A DNA stretch of 64,000 nucleotides from Candidatus Poribacteria bacterium (GTDB lineage Bacteria; Poribacteria; WGA-4E; WGA-3G), in contig CAXXLX010000001.1 in the NCBI GenBank assembly GCA_963665235.2, positions 768,001 to 832,000 on the forward strand. Reading direction: 5' to 3'. Every line of letters starts with the position of its first letter. Position 1 is the stretch's first letter. The notes below the pieces were generated by a model that was given only the letters and a program-made list of their open reading frames with translations, did not search any database and had not been told where the DNA came from. Shown piece after piece: positions 30,281-41,110 of the stretch. The position numbers and the translations under genes were made by a program.

Positions 30281-31384
30281 TTAAGACTCTAGGCGCATCG
30301 GCATGATGACGCACAGATGCTCTTCATCCCCCATAGGTTTAATAGCGAATTGTGTAAACTCTCCCGCAAACTCTAAGATGAGAGATTCTGTCTCTATGCT
30401 CGATAAGACACCTATCAGCACGCGGGCATCAACGCCGAGGCGGACGCTCCCAGTCCCAGATTCTACAGGGAGGGTTTCAAGTGCCTCTCCAAGTTCGGGG
30501 GACTTCGCTGAAATCCGTATCTGTTCCGTATCCATCTCTAAACAGGTCAAAAAATTGTTCGGATTTGACAACTGTGAGACTCGCTTCGTTGCCCGTAAGA
30601 TGGCATCCTTTGATACAACGACACGGCCCTCAGAGCCCTTTGGTATAACCTCCTGGTACTTCGGATATTCCCCCTCCACTAAACGGGTTGTCAAAGTGGT
30701 GTTGTCATTCTCGAGGAGGAGTTGATTCTCTGCGAGTGAAATTTTCACCTCGGCTGAATCCGCGAAGATACGTTGAATCTCTTTAACCGCCTTCAGCGGT
30801 ACGATAAAGCCGCTGACTCCTTCAGGCGTGTCAAGCGGCGCACAATGCACTAAAGCGAGCTGTTTGGTTCCATCCGTTGCAACCACTTCGGTTTTATCTT
30901 CAAGCAGATTGAAATAGAGGCCGTTCAGAAAATAGCGTACTTCATCTCTTGACGCGGCAAATTCTGTTTTGTGAATGACTGAGCCGAGGGTTTCTCCAGC
31001 AATCGTTATCGCTTCGCCATCAACAGAGGGGAGTTGTGGAAAATCTTCATCGGAAAGCCCGATAATCTTGTAAACCCCATCGCCACACGTCAGTTCAACC
31101 CGGTCGTTTGCGGTTGTAACGACGTCAATCGGTTTGTTCGGCAATTCCTTAACGATATCCGCCAATTTTTTGGCAGAAACCGTAATGCCTCCCTCTTCCC
31201 GGATAGTTCCAACCACTTTGATTTTGATGCCAACTTCCAAATCGGTAGCCGAAAATTCAATGTTCCCTTCTTCGGCACGAATGAGGACGTTAGACAGTAT
31301 TGGCAAGGTGTTACGACCACTTGCTACACCTTGAACTAGTTGTAAGGAATATAAGAGTTCATCTCTTTCAAAAACGAGTTCCAT
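30281..31384 (-). CDS. dnaN: DNA polymerase III beta sliding clamp
   Basis: LPILSNVLI, ATDLE, RYFLNG, VATDG, RLVEGEYP.Y, IMPMRL. Confidence 0.93.
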   Translation of the reverse strand: MELVFERDELLYSLQLVQGVASGRNTLPILSNVLIRAEEGNIEFSATDLEVGIKIKVVGTIREEGGITVSAKKLADIVKELPNKPIDVVTTANDRVELTCGDGVYKIIGLSDEDFPQLPSVDGEAITIAGETLGSVIHKTEFAASRDEVRYFLNGLYFNLLEDKTEVVATDGTKQLALVHCAPLDTPEGVSGFIVPLKAVKEIQRIFADSAEVKISLAENQLLLENDNTTLTTRLVEGEYPKYQEVIPKGSEGRVVVSKDAILRATKRVSQLSNPNNFLTCLEMDTEQIRISAKSPELGEALETLPVESGTGSVRLGVDARVLIGVLSSIETESLILEFAGEFTQFAIKPMGDEEHLCVIMPMRLES

Positions 31385-31423
31385 CGCAAAAGCTCCTATA
31401 GATTTTAATTTAGGTATTCAAAA

Positions 31424-31452
31424 ATTATACGATAAAAAAACATTAAAGTCAA
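31424..31452 (-). promoter_or_regulatory. Sigma70-like promoter of dnaN
   Basis: TTGACT-17 bp-TATAAT. Confidence 0.6.
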
Positions 31453-31616
31453 GTCTTTTTTTACTTTATGTTAAAAAATTGTGCCATCACAACGATATTG
31501 TGTTTGTAGGTCCGGTTGAACATAGACACCCAATAGATTATATTGTCCTAAAAGAGGTGGCTTCATGTCTATATTATCACAAGTTCCGAATAAAATGCAA
31601 GAGATTCTCCAAACAA

Positions 31617-31912
31617 GGGTAAAGTTTTTGTCACAGGGATTGTCTGAATGCACGTCGCATTTGGGCGAGTACGCCGCAAATCGCGGATTATCGCGGAGAA
31701 CGCGGAAAACGCGGAATTAAGAGGGTCTTTGTTCCCGACCCGTTTCTTGTACAAGGAAATGTCCGGGCCACAAAATCGTTTTCCGTGTCCTCTATGTTCT
31801 CCGTGCCTTCTGCGATTCAGACATCCAGTCTATGGAAAACACCACAACCCCAGCCTTTCACCTATCCCTTTGACAAGAACGTTACACACCCCTAAAATTG
31901 TCCAAAGTTTAG
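31617..31912. repeat. Composite repeat block with inverted TGACAARAAC.TTAC ends and a family-B TIR
   Basis: GGGTAAAGTTTTTGTCA ... TGACAAGAACGTTACACACC, 9-bp CGCGGA microrepeats, ATTGTCCAAAGTTTAG. Confidence 0.65.
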
Positions 31913-32425
31913 TATTTTTTTTAAGTTGATATTTTTTGTAACCGAGGTGCGGATACAAACGTAATTCATTATAGTTCAGAATATTAAGCGCGTGCAACAT
32001 AACTTTGGAAGAAAGTGGGAAGTTGCCGGGCTACAAGTCATATTTACCAGACGGGGGAATTAATAAATGCGAAACGGACATATCAACACCACAACAGAGA
32101 ATGTCATAATCGCTGCCCCCTGTTTTCTGGGCAGGAGCAGGCTAAGTCAGCGTTTGCTATCTCCGATTTGTTTTAATTATAAGTTAACGCTTCCCCCCCC
32201 ATTGCTTCACACTCGTTAATTTTATCAGTGGACAAGGTCATAGTGCAGGCATTAACTGCTGCGATATCTTCGCGCCCGGACAGGCACTTCGTCTTACACG
32301 ACGTGTCTCGTGTCACGGGCTTTTTTCGTTGCAGGGGCGCATGCTTCAATGCGTGTTATTCTTGGCGCGAAAGCGGACTGTGCACAACGATCAGCTATAA
32401 CAGAACGATTAACGCTTCGATGTAA

Positions 32426-32733
32426 TACCATTTTTATTAATTATTCTATCATTACCGGTTGTTAGAAATGAAACGGAGAACGGAAGACCCAAACTAAAAG
32501 TTTATGCTACAAGAAAGTGCACAAACTGGAAGTTTATGCTACAAGAAAGTGCACAAACTGGAAGTTTATGCTACAAGAAAGTGCACAAACTGGAAGTTTA
32601 GGCTACAAGAAAGTGCACAAACTGGAAGTTTATGCTACAAGAAAGTGCACAAACTGGAAGTTTATGCTACAAGAAAGTGCACAAACTGGAAGTTTATGCT
32701 ACAAGAAAGAGACATTTTCAATTAGAAATGGTA
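32426..32733 (-). mobile_element. MITE family A copy 4 (7 units of 32 bp)
   Basis: TAA on both sides; family termini. Confidence 0.85.
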
Positions 32734-32737
32734 TAAC

Positions 32738-32766
32738 TTGACAGATTTTAGCGGAGGATATAGAAT
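32738..32766 (+). promoter_or_regulatory. Sigma70-like promoter
   Basis: TTGACA-17 bp-TAGAAT. Confidence 0.55.
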
Positions 32767-32767
32767 T

Positions 32768-33175
32768 GTGAAAACGAAACTTTTAACAACGAACGTCAAT
32801 ATAGCCGCCGTGGCTGCATTTGGAGGTTTCATCGTAAGTTTGTTCTGTGCGCTCTTTTTTGCGCAGCACGGGCTCCGCCTCAGTGTCGTCGCCTTTGCTA
32901 TTTCGTTATGGGGGTTTCTGTCCCTAAAACATCAGGACACTCCGCAACCGAAAAGGCACCGCTGGCGCAAAAGAGGCTTCACCACGGCACTGATTGTTTT
33001 GATGGGTGGGTGCCTACTGTTTGGCACAATCAAACGGATTGCTGCGACACAGACAGATGCTCCCGCTTGTATAGAATGGACATGTAACAAGGAGCTCCCG
33101 GAAAAATCGCCGTGTCCATCTGTCAAATGCCCCCTATCGCAGCACCGCAGCGATATAAGGGATAGTCGAAAATAA
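32768..33175 (+). CDS. Hypothetical membrane protein (start uncertain)
   Basis: GGAGG then GTG; three hydrophobic segments; ends at the SD of the next gene. Confidence 0.4.
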   Translation: MKTKLLTTNVNIAAVAAFGGFIVSLFCALFFAQHGLRLSVVAFAISLWGFLSLKHQDTPQPKRHRWRKRGFTTALIVLMGGCLLFGTIKRIAATQTDAPACIEWTCNKELPEKSPCPSVKCPLSQHRSDIRDSRK

Positions 33176-33187
33176 GGAGGATTTACT

Positions 33188-34036
33188 ATGCGTAGAAAAA
33201 TGTATTGGGGAATAGCTGTCCTCATTGTTATCCTATTCACGGTTGGTGTTTTCCTGCTGACACAGCGTAACATCGACATGGAACCGGATGTTGTCTTTGA
33301 ACCGCCGTCACCGGAAGTTATCCAAAAGATTAAGGATGACATCGCTGAACGGAACGCACAAGAGGCTGCTAAACCGCCCCCGCCCGGTGCCTCCCCGAAT
33401 GGGCATTGGCACGATGGCGTATGGCATAATGAACCGCATGTGGTAGAAAAGCAGGATGCCCTTCCAACCGAACTGCCATCCAGCTTTCAGACTAAAATCG
33501 TATGGGTAAGCGACACAAGGGGGTATCTTCCCCATGCACCTCCCCTCAACGCAGAGCCTCAGACTGACGCAACACCCTTTTATAGACGCCTATATAAACG
33601 ATACGGAGTTGAACCACCACCCCCAGGCTATGCCTATGTCCGGTCAGACCCCAATGTCATAACGTTGGATAAAAACGGCAATCCTATCCTATACAAGCGG
33701 GGAGAAGCCCTATTCGAAATTACGAAAATAACCGGGTTCGCTCCGACTTACGAACAATACCAGCAGTACCAACAGTTGCGTGCTAGAAGAGATGCTGCAA
33801 GAAATCGCGGTGATAAAGCGGAAGCAGAACGTCTGATAGCCGAAATCGCCAAATTCAAGGCAGATGCACGAGGTTCCATACCTTTCATCTCATCTTCGTT
33901 AGCTACTGAAACGCATCTCTATGAAGCTGCCCGGACAAAAGCCAGTGAGAGAGCCACCAAAGTAATGCAGCAAGCATACATAGAGATGGGGTTGGGATAC
34001 ATGGTTGAGAATAATCAAATCCCAGACATGTTTTAA
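33188..34036 (+). CDS. Hypothetical membrane-anchored protein with PPPPG..NGHWH.G.WH motif
   Basis: SD AAGGAGG; N-terminal TM helix; 282 aa. Confidence 0.8.
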   Translation: MRRKMYWGIAVLIVILFTVGVFLLTQRNIDMEPDVVFEPPSPEVIQKIKDDIAERNAQEAAKPPPPGASPNGHWHDGVWHNEPHVVEKQDALPTELPSSFQTKIVWVSDTRGYLPHAPPLNAEPQTDATPFYRRLYKRYGVEPPPPGYAYVRSDPNVITLDKNGNPILYKRGEALFEITKITGFAPTYEQYQQYQQLRARRDAARNRGDKAEAERLIAEIAKFKADARGSIPFISSSLATETHLYEAARTKASERATKVMQQAYIEMGLGYMVENNQIPDMF

Positions 34037-34059
34037 CTTTAGACTCAAAAAAGGAGTTC

Positions 34060-35655
34060 ATGATGAAAACATTAAGATTTGTTCCAATAATCTTCCTTGT
34101 GTTCACACTTGCGTTTATACTCGTGTGGAACCAAGTTGACTCAAACACAAAGCATCCACATATTAGCAGTACAACGATAGTTTTTAAGCCGGGTAGCGAG
34201 AGTATGTCAAGTACCCCAGGCAAGGTGACAAAGACTATATCTTGTGGGATGAGCAGGCCGCATCGTGTTCGTCCTTCTTGTAGTTCCTCAGAGCCTGAAA
34301 CAGATACCGGGAATCATCCTATTTCAGAAACGTGGAATCCTTCCAATCGAAAGGTAGAGATTATCGCTCAAGCCAGTGGATATGGATATGGCGAAGCAAA
34401 GCCTTCTGTCATCACGGGGAAGGCGACTTTGTCAAACGGTACAGATGTCCCTATCTACAATTTTGGTGGCAGTGTTCGAAAGATTGGAACCTGGACAATG
34501 ACAGGGAACCACGCAGATGTAACTCCTATAGAATGGAGTGTTGATCATGCTGCATACTTCTTTTCTCCGGAGGATGCCCCGCCGGGAACACATAATTGGA
34601 CAGGTTCTGGAAAGATAGAGATATGGGGTGTTGACTGGGAAGGCACCGGCACAATATGGATTAGCCAATCCGTAGGTGTAAATTATGGACTAGACCCATC
34701 AATGACCTACTCCGTTGAACAAGGTGAATCTAGCAGCATTAGTGACGATATCTCGGGAAATGCTAGTGATCGCCTTTTAAACGATAAAACAGGAACGTGG
34801 ACAGTTGCCCACGAGAACAAGTGTAGTATCTGTAGCAACATAATCAATGATGCCCATGAACACCACTTTATCTGTAAGGGAGAAAACTGCGGTTTGCATA
34901 TTCCATGTTCTGTTAAACCTGACGGCCACAAACTCTGTGAAGGGTGTAATAAGCGTGAGTGCGAGGCAGGATATGATAACCTTACCCATAAAAAAGCCTC
35001 ATGCACTTACGACTACGCCAACCAACTTGGAGGTTGCGGCAATGATTATTGGGAATGTGCAAGCGATGCAAATAGCCACAAGACCGCTACACATACCGGG
35101 GTGTGTAATCAAAAATACAGGCCTTGTAAACCAGGTAATCATACGCAAACTACTTGCGGAGCAACAAGTCAAGGCAGCGGACAAGGCACCGCCTGTACCA
35201 ATACCCCTTATTGGAATTGTCTACCGCATACTCATCAATTCGGCAGTGGTAGCGGTAGCGGTAGTGGGCAGCAAGGCAGTGGTGGAAATACTTGTTCAAC
35301 CTGCGCGACTATTAGTGGTACTTGCAGTGAGTGCACCGATGCCCTTGAAGCGGGCAATGGCAACGGCAACGGTGGCGGAAATGGCGGCACACCTGTTGGC
35401 AACGGTGGATGCGATACCAGCTGTATCAATCCGAACTGCAATTCATCAACCCCGCATACTACCTATATCTGTGTCAGACCGGTAAAAACTACCTACAATT
35501 CTGCAAATCAGACATGGGGTTCACGCCCCTGCGGGGTAGTTTTCACGAAATGCCAGGATGAGCACACCTCCAGAGGTGGTGTGCTGCTCCGTGGCCTCTG
35601 TTCAGATCCGCTTGGGAATGGTGAGGATGTCTACCACAGTGTTTTTTCATATTAA
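34060..35655 (+). CDS. Secreted Cys/His-rich protein with Gly/Ser/Asn linkers
   Basis: SD AAGGAG; signal peptide; about 27 Cys in the C-terminal half. Confidence 0.8.
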   Translation: MMKTLRFVPIIFLVFTLAFILVWNQVDSNTKHPHISSTTIVFKPGSESMSSTPGKVTKTISCGMSRPHRVRPSCSSSEPETDTGNHPISETWNPSNRKVEIIAQASGYGYGEAKPSVITGKATLSNGTDVPIYNFGGSVRKIGTWTMTGNHADVTPIEWSVDHAAYFFSPEDAPPGTHNWTGSGKIEIWGVDWEGTGTIWISQSVGVNYGLDPSMTYSVEQGESSSISDDISGNASDRLLNDKTGTWTVAHENKCSICSNIINDAHEHHFICKGENCGLHIPCSVKPDGHKLCEGCNKRECEAGYDNLTHKKASCTYDYANQLGGCGNDYWECASDANSHKTATHTGVCNQKYRPCKPGNHTQTTCGATSQGSGQGTACTNTPYWNCLPHTHQFGSGSGSGSGQQGSGGNTCSTCATISGTCSECTDALEAGNGNGNGGGNGGTPVGNGGCDTSCINPNCNSSTPHTTYICVRPVKTTYNSANQTWGSRPCGVVFTKCQDEHTSRGGVLLRGLCSDPLGNGEDVYHSVFSY

Positions 35656-35679
35656 CTTCTTATACTCATCACAACAGCT

Positions 35680-35718
35680 GAGGGAACTGGGGATGCCCCC
35701 GGTTCCCCCCGCTTTTTA
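35680..35718 (+). terminator. Probable intrinsic terminator/attenuator
   Basis: GGGAACTGGGG-ATG-CCCCCGGTTCCC stem followed by GCTTTTT. Confidence 0.5.
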
Positions 35719-35723
35719 GTCCA

Positions 35724-37715
35724 ATGAAAATCTCACACGTCAAACACCTATTTCCGCTTCTGCTGCTTATCGGCATTCTCTTCATAGCATTTTGGATCCG
35801 TCTCAAAGGTGCAGACACGTTGCCGCCCGGTCAATTCCTTGAAAACGATGGGTACTTTTATTATTGGCAGGCACAAACTATCACGGAACACGGCAAACTG
35901 CCACCCCGCGATATGCACCGATGGATGCCAATTGGTAGAGATAACGGTTTGCTGCTGTCGCTCTATCCTTATGTCGTGGCGTACACTTATAAAGCGATAG
36001 CCCTCTTCTCCTCAAGCATCACGCTCTACCATGTCTGTCTCTACATGCCATCGGTCTGCTTTGTATTTGGTTTGGGCATTCTCTGTCTTTTCCTTTACAG
36101 CACTTTCGGTGCCTGGGTTGCCAATGCGACCGGTATCTTGCTTGCGACGCTGCCGAGTGCCATCGGACGCAGCACGGTGGGGTTCGGTGATAGAGATATG
36201 TGGTGTCTGATGGTCGCGCTCTGCGTTGTCATCCCCTACCTGATTGCGTTGCAAACAGCCTCTCCCCGCAAACGCATCGGGTGGACACTTCTCAGCGGTG
36301 GATTTACTGTCATAGGGGGTCTCTCTTGGGAAGGGTTCGGTGCGTTCCTGCTGCTGATTTACATCCTAGAGCTCTATCGATTCCTCACGTCTGAGCATGA
36401 AATCGGTCTGCTCTCTTACCTGCTGTGGGTGTGTTCATTCGTGCCTGCGCTTTATCTCCTCGCGCCTGCGTATCGGCGTGGCGATTTTTTCGCAACACAC
36501 TTATTTGCGTTTATGCTCGTTCCGCCTGTAGCGATTTTGGTAATCCGTGCCATTCGACATCTGCTCCTGACGTTACCGCAGACAGCAGCGCGATTTAAGG
36601 AGCACAGCAGAAAAATAGCCCTTGGGTTGACAATCGTTCTGCTATCTGCGGGCCTCGGCTATTTTTTCATGCAATTGGATACCTTGGGCACCACGACTAT
36701 CCTCACACAAACGCCACTTATGCAGACTGTCTCTGAACTCAACGCGCCCGATTTTGTGTTTTGGACCAGCAGGTATGGAAGCGTGTTTATCTTTGGTAGC
36801 CTTGCACTCTGTGTAGCGGGGTATTACACAAACCGCTTGGCATTAGCAGTGCCGCTCTGCCTCTTCACGCTAACCACGTTCGCGCGGCAACCGCTATCCG
36901 CACTTTTCGGAGAAACGGTAGCCGACCTTCTGTTTTTCATTTCTATTTCTATCTGTTGTGTAGGGGGAATTCATACTGCTGTTTATCATCGTCCGCAAAC
37001 GCCACGTCCGAAGACAGAACTCCCATTTATTGTCATGGCTGCGTGGTTCGTTTTATGGATTGCCCTCTCCCGCGATGCGATGCGCTATGACGTTTTTATC
37101 GGTGTGCCGATAGCATTCTTTACCGCAATCGGTATAAAAAGATTCGCAGAAACCGTTGGAAACTTTCTGGACAACATAAACGCGGGTAAAATCGCAGCGA
37201 CTACCGCTCTAGCCCTCATTCTCTTTTGGGCACCGGTTGGTGGACATGCCCGCTTCTCGCTTTACGCCGCAACACAGATGCGCACAGCACTGCCGGGACC
37301 AGGACTCACTTATGAGACTCTTGTTTGGATGCGGACACACCTAAAGGATGCGGTTGTTGCTGCACATTGGCGGTTTGGTAGTCAGCTGAATGTTATAGGA
37401 GATGTCAAAACCCTCACCGACCAGGACCATTATATTCCCCCAAAAATTTATCAATACAATCAGCATGTGCACCGTGCGGCTACCGAACGTGGGGCACTTA
37501 TTTTCCTAAAAACACACAAGGCAACCCATCTGCTGCAAACCCCGCACGACCCACAAGACTCTTTCCTGAACAGAAATCCGGATGGTATTCGATTCTTTAG
37601 ACCGTTATATCCGAAGATGCACTTTGCCACTGCCCCTATCAAACTCTACGAAATTCAGTATCCGCCGGACATCAAAGCGGATTTGAAATATCTTGGCATC
37701 GAGACGAAGGAATAA
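35724..37715 (+). CDS. STT3/AglB/PglB-like GT-C glycosyltransferase with degenerate WWDYG motif
   Basis: ENDGYFY, GFGDRD, LSWEG, QTVSEL, AAHWRFGSQL; many TM helices followed by a soluble C-terminal domain. Confidence 0.72.
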   Translation: MKISHVKHLFPLLLLIGILFIAFWIRLKGADTLPPGQFLENDGYFYYWQAQTITEHGKLPPRDMHRWMPIGRDNGLLLSLYPYVVAYTYKAIALFSSSITLYHVCLYMPSVCFVFGLGILCLFLYSTFGAWVANATGILLATLPSAIGRSTVGFGDRDMWCLMVALCVVIPYLIALQTASPRKRIGWTLLSGGFTVIGGLSWEGFGAFLLLIYILELYRFLTSEHEIGLLSYLLWVCSFVPALYLLAPAYRRGDFFATHLFAFMLVPPVAILVIRAIRHLLLTLPQTAARFKEHSRKIALGLTIVLLSAGLGYFFMQLDTLGTTTILTQTPLMQTVSELNAPDFVFWTSRYGSVFIFGSLALCVAGYYTNRLALAVPLCLFTLTTFARQPLSALFGETVADLLFFISISICCVGGIHTAVYHRPQTPRPKTELPFIVMAAWFVLWIALSRDAMRYDVFIGVPIAFFTAIGIKRFAETVGNFLDNINAGKIAATTALALILFWAPVGGHARFSLYAATQMRTALPGPGLTYETLVWMRTHLKDAVVAAHWRFGSQLNVIGDVKTLTDQDHYIPPKIYQYNQHVHRAATERGALIFLKTHKATHLLQTPHDPQDSFLNRNPDGIRFFRPLYPKMHFATAPIKLYEIQYPPDIKADLKYLGIETKE

Positions 37716-37754
37716 ATCTGGCAATGAGCTCATCCTTATCCGCCACCACACGTC

Positions 37755-39179
37755 TTATTTTGCGCTTCGTGCGTCTCGTGGGAAGATGAGTATTGCATCT
37801 GAAATAGCGCGTCCCGCGAACCTAGGTAAAGGTCTGACCCTCTGGTTACCGCGCGCGGTTTTCGTATTCTTCTCAGGTGCCGCCTTTTTCTGCTGCGTTT
37901 TGTCCGGTGCGGTGGTTTTCTCTTTTTTCTCAGATTGTTTGTCCGGTGTATCCGGTTTCGCTTTATCTGCGGATGGTTTTTCCTGCCTGCGGGGGTCAGG
38001 TTTTGGTCGCTTAACACTCACGACCTCATTCCGAATGACCATCATGGATGAATACCCGCCATCTAAATTGACAGCGTCCGTCGCGCCCCACTCTATGAAA
38101 AGCTCAGCGAGTCGCTGCAAGGTGACACCGCGCCGAACTCCCGGCTGCGCCGCCGTTATCGTCACGAAGAGGAGGGTGCCATCGGCTCTTTTCCCTACCG
38201 CAGTTCGCGGATGCCAAAAACTGTGGAATGCACGATTGAATCCCTCGCGCTCATAAGCTTCTTTCGGCGCGGTGATACCCTGCCGCAATAACAGGGGCCC
38301 CCCGCCGATAATATGCGGAAAACTTGCCCACAGTTTACTGTCTCCGATGCGTTCCGGAATGACTGTCTCGCGAAGTTTTACCGAATCACCACGACTGATA
38401 TGTGCTAACAGCCATACCCGCTTCCATCCGTTTGCTGAAAGAATATAACCATCCGACGGAATGCGCGAACTTCCTTGCCTATCACGGATATCCACTACTT
38501 CGTTATTTTTTACGACAAATTCAACTCCATCAGTCATCGTCAACGTCACGGTGTGAAAGTGGGGCCGGTAGAGGACCAGTTCATGCCTCAAACGCCCTCG
38601 ATTGATACCGTCAATTGGGAGTGTCTTGCCACTCGGTAAGACCAGCTCCTGTCGGAGGACAATCCGGTCTATGTAGGCTTCAATTTTTCCATCAACGGTT
38701 CTGAACCCGAGTACGGCTCTGCCCTGCTCGGGTTCACTGTGCCATTCGCCATCAATTTTCAGTGCCCCGACCGATTCGCCGCGAAAAGTGCCGACCATCT
38801 CATAGAATCCACCATTTATTGCAAGGGGGGCTCTATGTCGGCGGACCATGGAAGTTAAGTGCTCGGTGCCAATTCCTGCACTTAGAGCACGGGATGGGCG
38901 GATGTCTACCGCATCCGGTTCAATGGAAAGGATGTTGGTCAACACGCCATCGTCTAATATCTGCCGATGAACAATTCCGGGTGACACCTGTTTTGTCGAC
39001 TCGCTCCGCTCAGGGTCCGTATAGGAGCGGAAATAATCGGTTATCTTGCTGAACTTTACCTCTCTGCCCACCCAAATACCGATACAGAATACTACTAAAA
39101 ACCCAACCGTTACAAGTGTGCGCGGATAACGTTTGATGAAACGAAAACCTCGTTGTCCTAAATAAATAATATCGAACAT
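37755..39179 (-). CDS. Phosphodiester glycosidase (NAGPA-like) family protein
   Basis: AINGGFY, GGGPLL, HPRTAVG, NLDGGYSS. Confidence 0.85.
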   Translation of the reverse strand: MFDIIYLGQRGFRFIKRYPRTLVTVGFLVVFCIGIWVGREVKFSKITDYFRSYTDPERSESTKQVSPGIVHRQILDDGVLTNILSIEPDAVDIRPSRALSAGIGTEHLTSMVRRHRAPLAINGGFYEMVGTFRGESVGALKIDGEWHSEPEQGRAVLGFRTVDGKIEAYIDRIVLRQELVLPSGKTLPIDGINRGRLRHELVLYRPHFHTVTLTMTDGVEFVVKNNEVVDIRDRQGSSRIPSDGYILSANGWKRVWLLAHISRGDSVKLRETVIPERIGDSKLWASFPHIIGGGPLLLRQGITAPKEAYEREGFNRAFHSFWHPRTAVGKRADGTLLFVTITAAQPGVRRGVTLQRLAELFIEWGATDAVNLDGGYSSMMVIRNEVVSVKRPKPDPRRQEKPSADKAKPDTPDKQSEKKEKTTAPDKTQQKKAAPEKNTKTARGNQRVRPLPRFAGRAISDAILIFPRDARSAK

Positions 39180-39512
39180 TTGATATTTCCTTGCGGTTTT
39201 TTAATATTTCCTTGCGGTTCGTTGAGGACATTAGTAAGGAAAACGTTCTCACCCGTATATCCAGTCCGCCCGTTGGTTGGATTTTTGATATTTCCTTGCG
39301 GTTCGTTGAGGTTATCCGTAAGCGCGCAATTTCTCTGCGTATATCCAGGTTTCTGCTATGATAAGAATTTAGTGCTACACATCGTTAAGTGTACCAGAGT
39401 CCGCGCTAAATGTCAATATTTATTTCACATACGGGCCTCCAAAAACTGTACACACCCGGGTGTGTAAAATTTTTGTACTTAAACGTGAGTTTGAAAATAA
39501 ATGTCCGTTTTC

Positions 39513-40683
39513 TCTATAAATATATCGTCCCTACGGGACTAGGGGTTGTCGCTTCTATAAATATAACGTCTGCTTCTATAAATATATCGTCCCTACGGGA
39601 CTAGGGGTTATGGAAACATCTACTTCTATAAAGATATCGTCCCTACGGGACTAGGGGTTGTTGAAACATCTGCTTCTATAAAGATATCGTCCCTACGGGA
39701 CTAGGGGTTATGGAAACATCTGCTTCTATAAATATATCGTCCCTACGGGACTAGGGGTTATGGAAACATCTGCTTCTATAAATATATCGTCCCTACGGGA
39801 CTAGGGGTTGTCGAAACATCTACTTCTATAAATATATCGTCCCTACGGGACTAGGGGTTGTCGAAACATCTGCTTCTATAAATATATCGTCCCTACGGGA
39901 CTAGGGGTTGTGGAAACATCTGCTTCTATAAATATATCGTCCCTACGGGACTAGGGGTTATGGAAACATCTGCTTCTATAAATATATCGTCCCTACGGGA
40001 CTAGGGGTTGTCGAAACATCTACTTCTATAAATATATCGTCCCTACGGGACTAGGGGTTGTGGAAACATCTACTTCTATAAATATATCGTCCCTACGGGA
40101 CTAGGGGTTATGGAAACATCTACTTCTATAAATATATCGTCCCTACGGGACTAGGGGTTATGGAAACATCTGCTTCTATAAATATATCGTCCCTACGGGA
40201 CTATGGGTTGTTGAAACATCTGCTTCTATAAATATATCGTCCCTACGGGACTAGGGGTTGTTGAAACATCTGCTTCTATAAATATATCGTCCCTACGGGA
40301 CTATGGGTTGTTGAAACATCTGCTTCTATAAATATATCGTCCCTACGGGACTAGGGGTTGTTGAAACATCTGCTTCTATAAATATATCGTCCCTACGGGA
40401 CTAGGGGTTGTCGAAACATCTGCTTCTATAAATATATCGTCCCTACGGGACTAGGGGTTGTCGAAACATCTGCTTCTATAAATATATCGTCCCTACGGGA
40501 CTAGGGGTTGTGGAAACATCTGCTTCTATAAATATATCGTTCCTACGGGACTAGGGGTTGTGGAAACATCTACTTCTATAAATATATCGTCCCTACGGCT
40601 TCTATAAATATATCGTCCCTACGGGACTAGGGGTTGTTGAAACATCTGCTTCTATAAATATATCGTCCCTACGGGACTAGGGG
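39513..40683 (-). repeat. Tandem array, 50-bp unit, about 24 GTCCCTACGGGAC hairpins
   Basis: TCTATAAATATATCGTCCCTACGGGACTAGGGGTT-NNNN-AAACATCTRCT repeated. Confidence 0.92.
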
Positions 40684-40720
40684 TATCGGGGCAACATGTT
40701 TAATGTGAACGCCAGACAAG

Positions 40721-41110
40721 CTAGCCCCAGCGGGGCGGTATCTTTATAGAAAACACAACAACACAACACAAGCTAGCCCTAGCGGGGCGGTATCTTTATA
40801 GAAAACACAACAACACAACACAAGCTAGCCCCAGCGGGGCGGTATCTTTATAGAAAACACAACAACACAACACAAGCTAGCCCCAGCGGGGCGGTATCTT
40901 TATAGAAGCGCGGGTGCCAGACAAGCTAGCCCCAGCGGGGCGGTATCTTTATAGAAAACACAACAACACAACACAAGCTAGCCCCAGCGGGGCGGTATCT
41001 TTATAGAAGCGCGGGTGCCAGACAAGCTAGCCCCAGCGGGGCGGTATCTTTATAGAAAACACAACAACACAACACAAGCTAGCCCCAGCGGGGCGGTATC
41101 TTTATAGAAA
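40721..41110 (+). repeat. Tandem array, 49/52-bp unit, 8 GCCCCAGCGGGGC hairpins
   Basis: CTAGCCCCAGCGGGGCGGTATCTTTATAGAA with two linker types. Confidence 0.92.

Noticed and set aside
31390-32420. oriC upstream of dnaN
   Set aside because: AT-rich, but no cluster of DnaA boxes was seen and there is no dnaA
34847-35485. 212-aa alternative-frame ORF
   Set aside because: Nested in the 531-aa gene, which has a clear SD and signal peptide
39513-41110. CRISPR array
   Set aside because: The putative spacers are near-identical and shorter than typical; no cas genes; the same motif is dispersed in composite repeats
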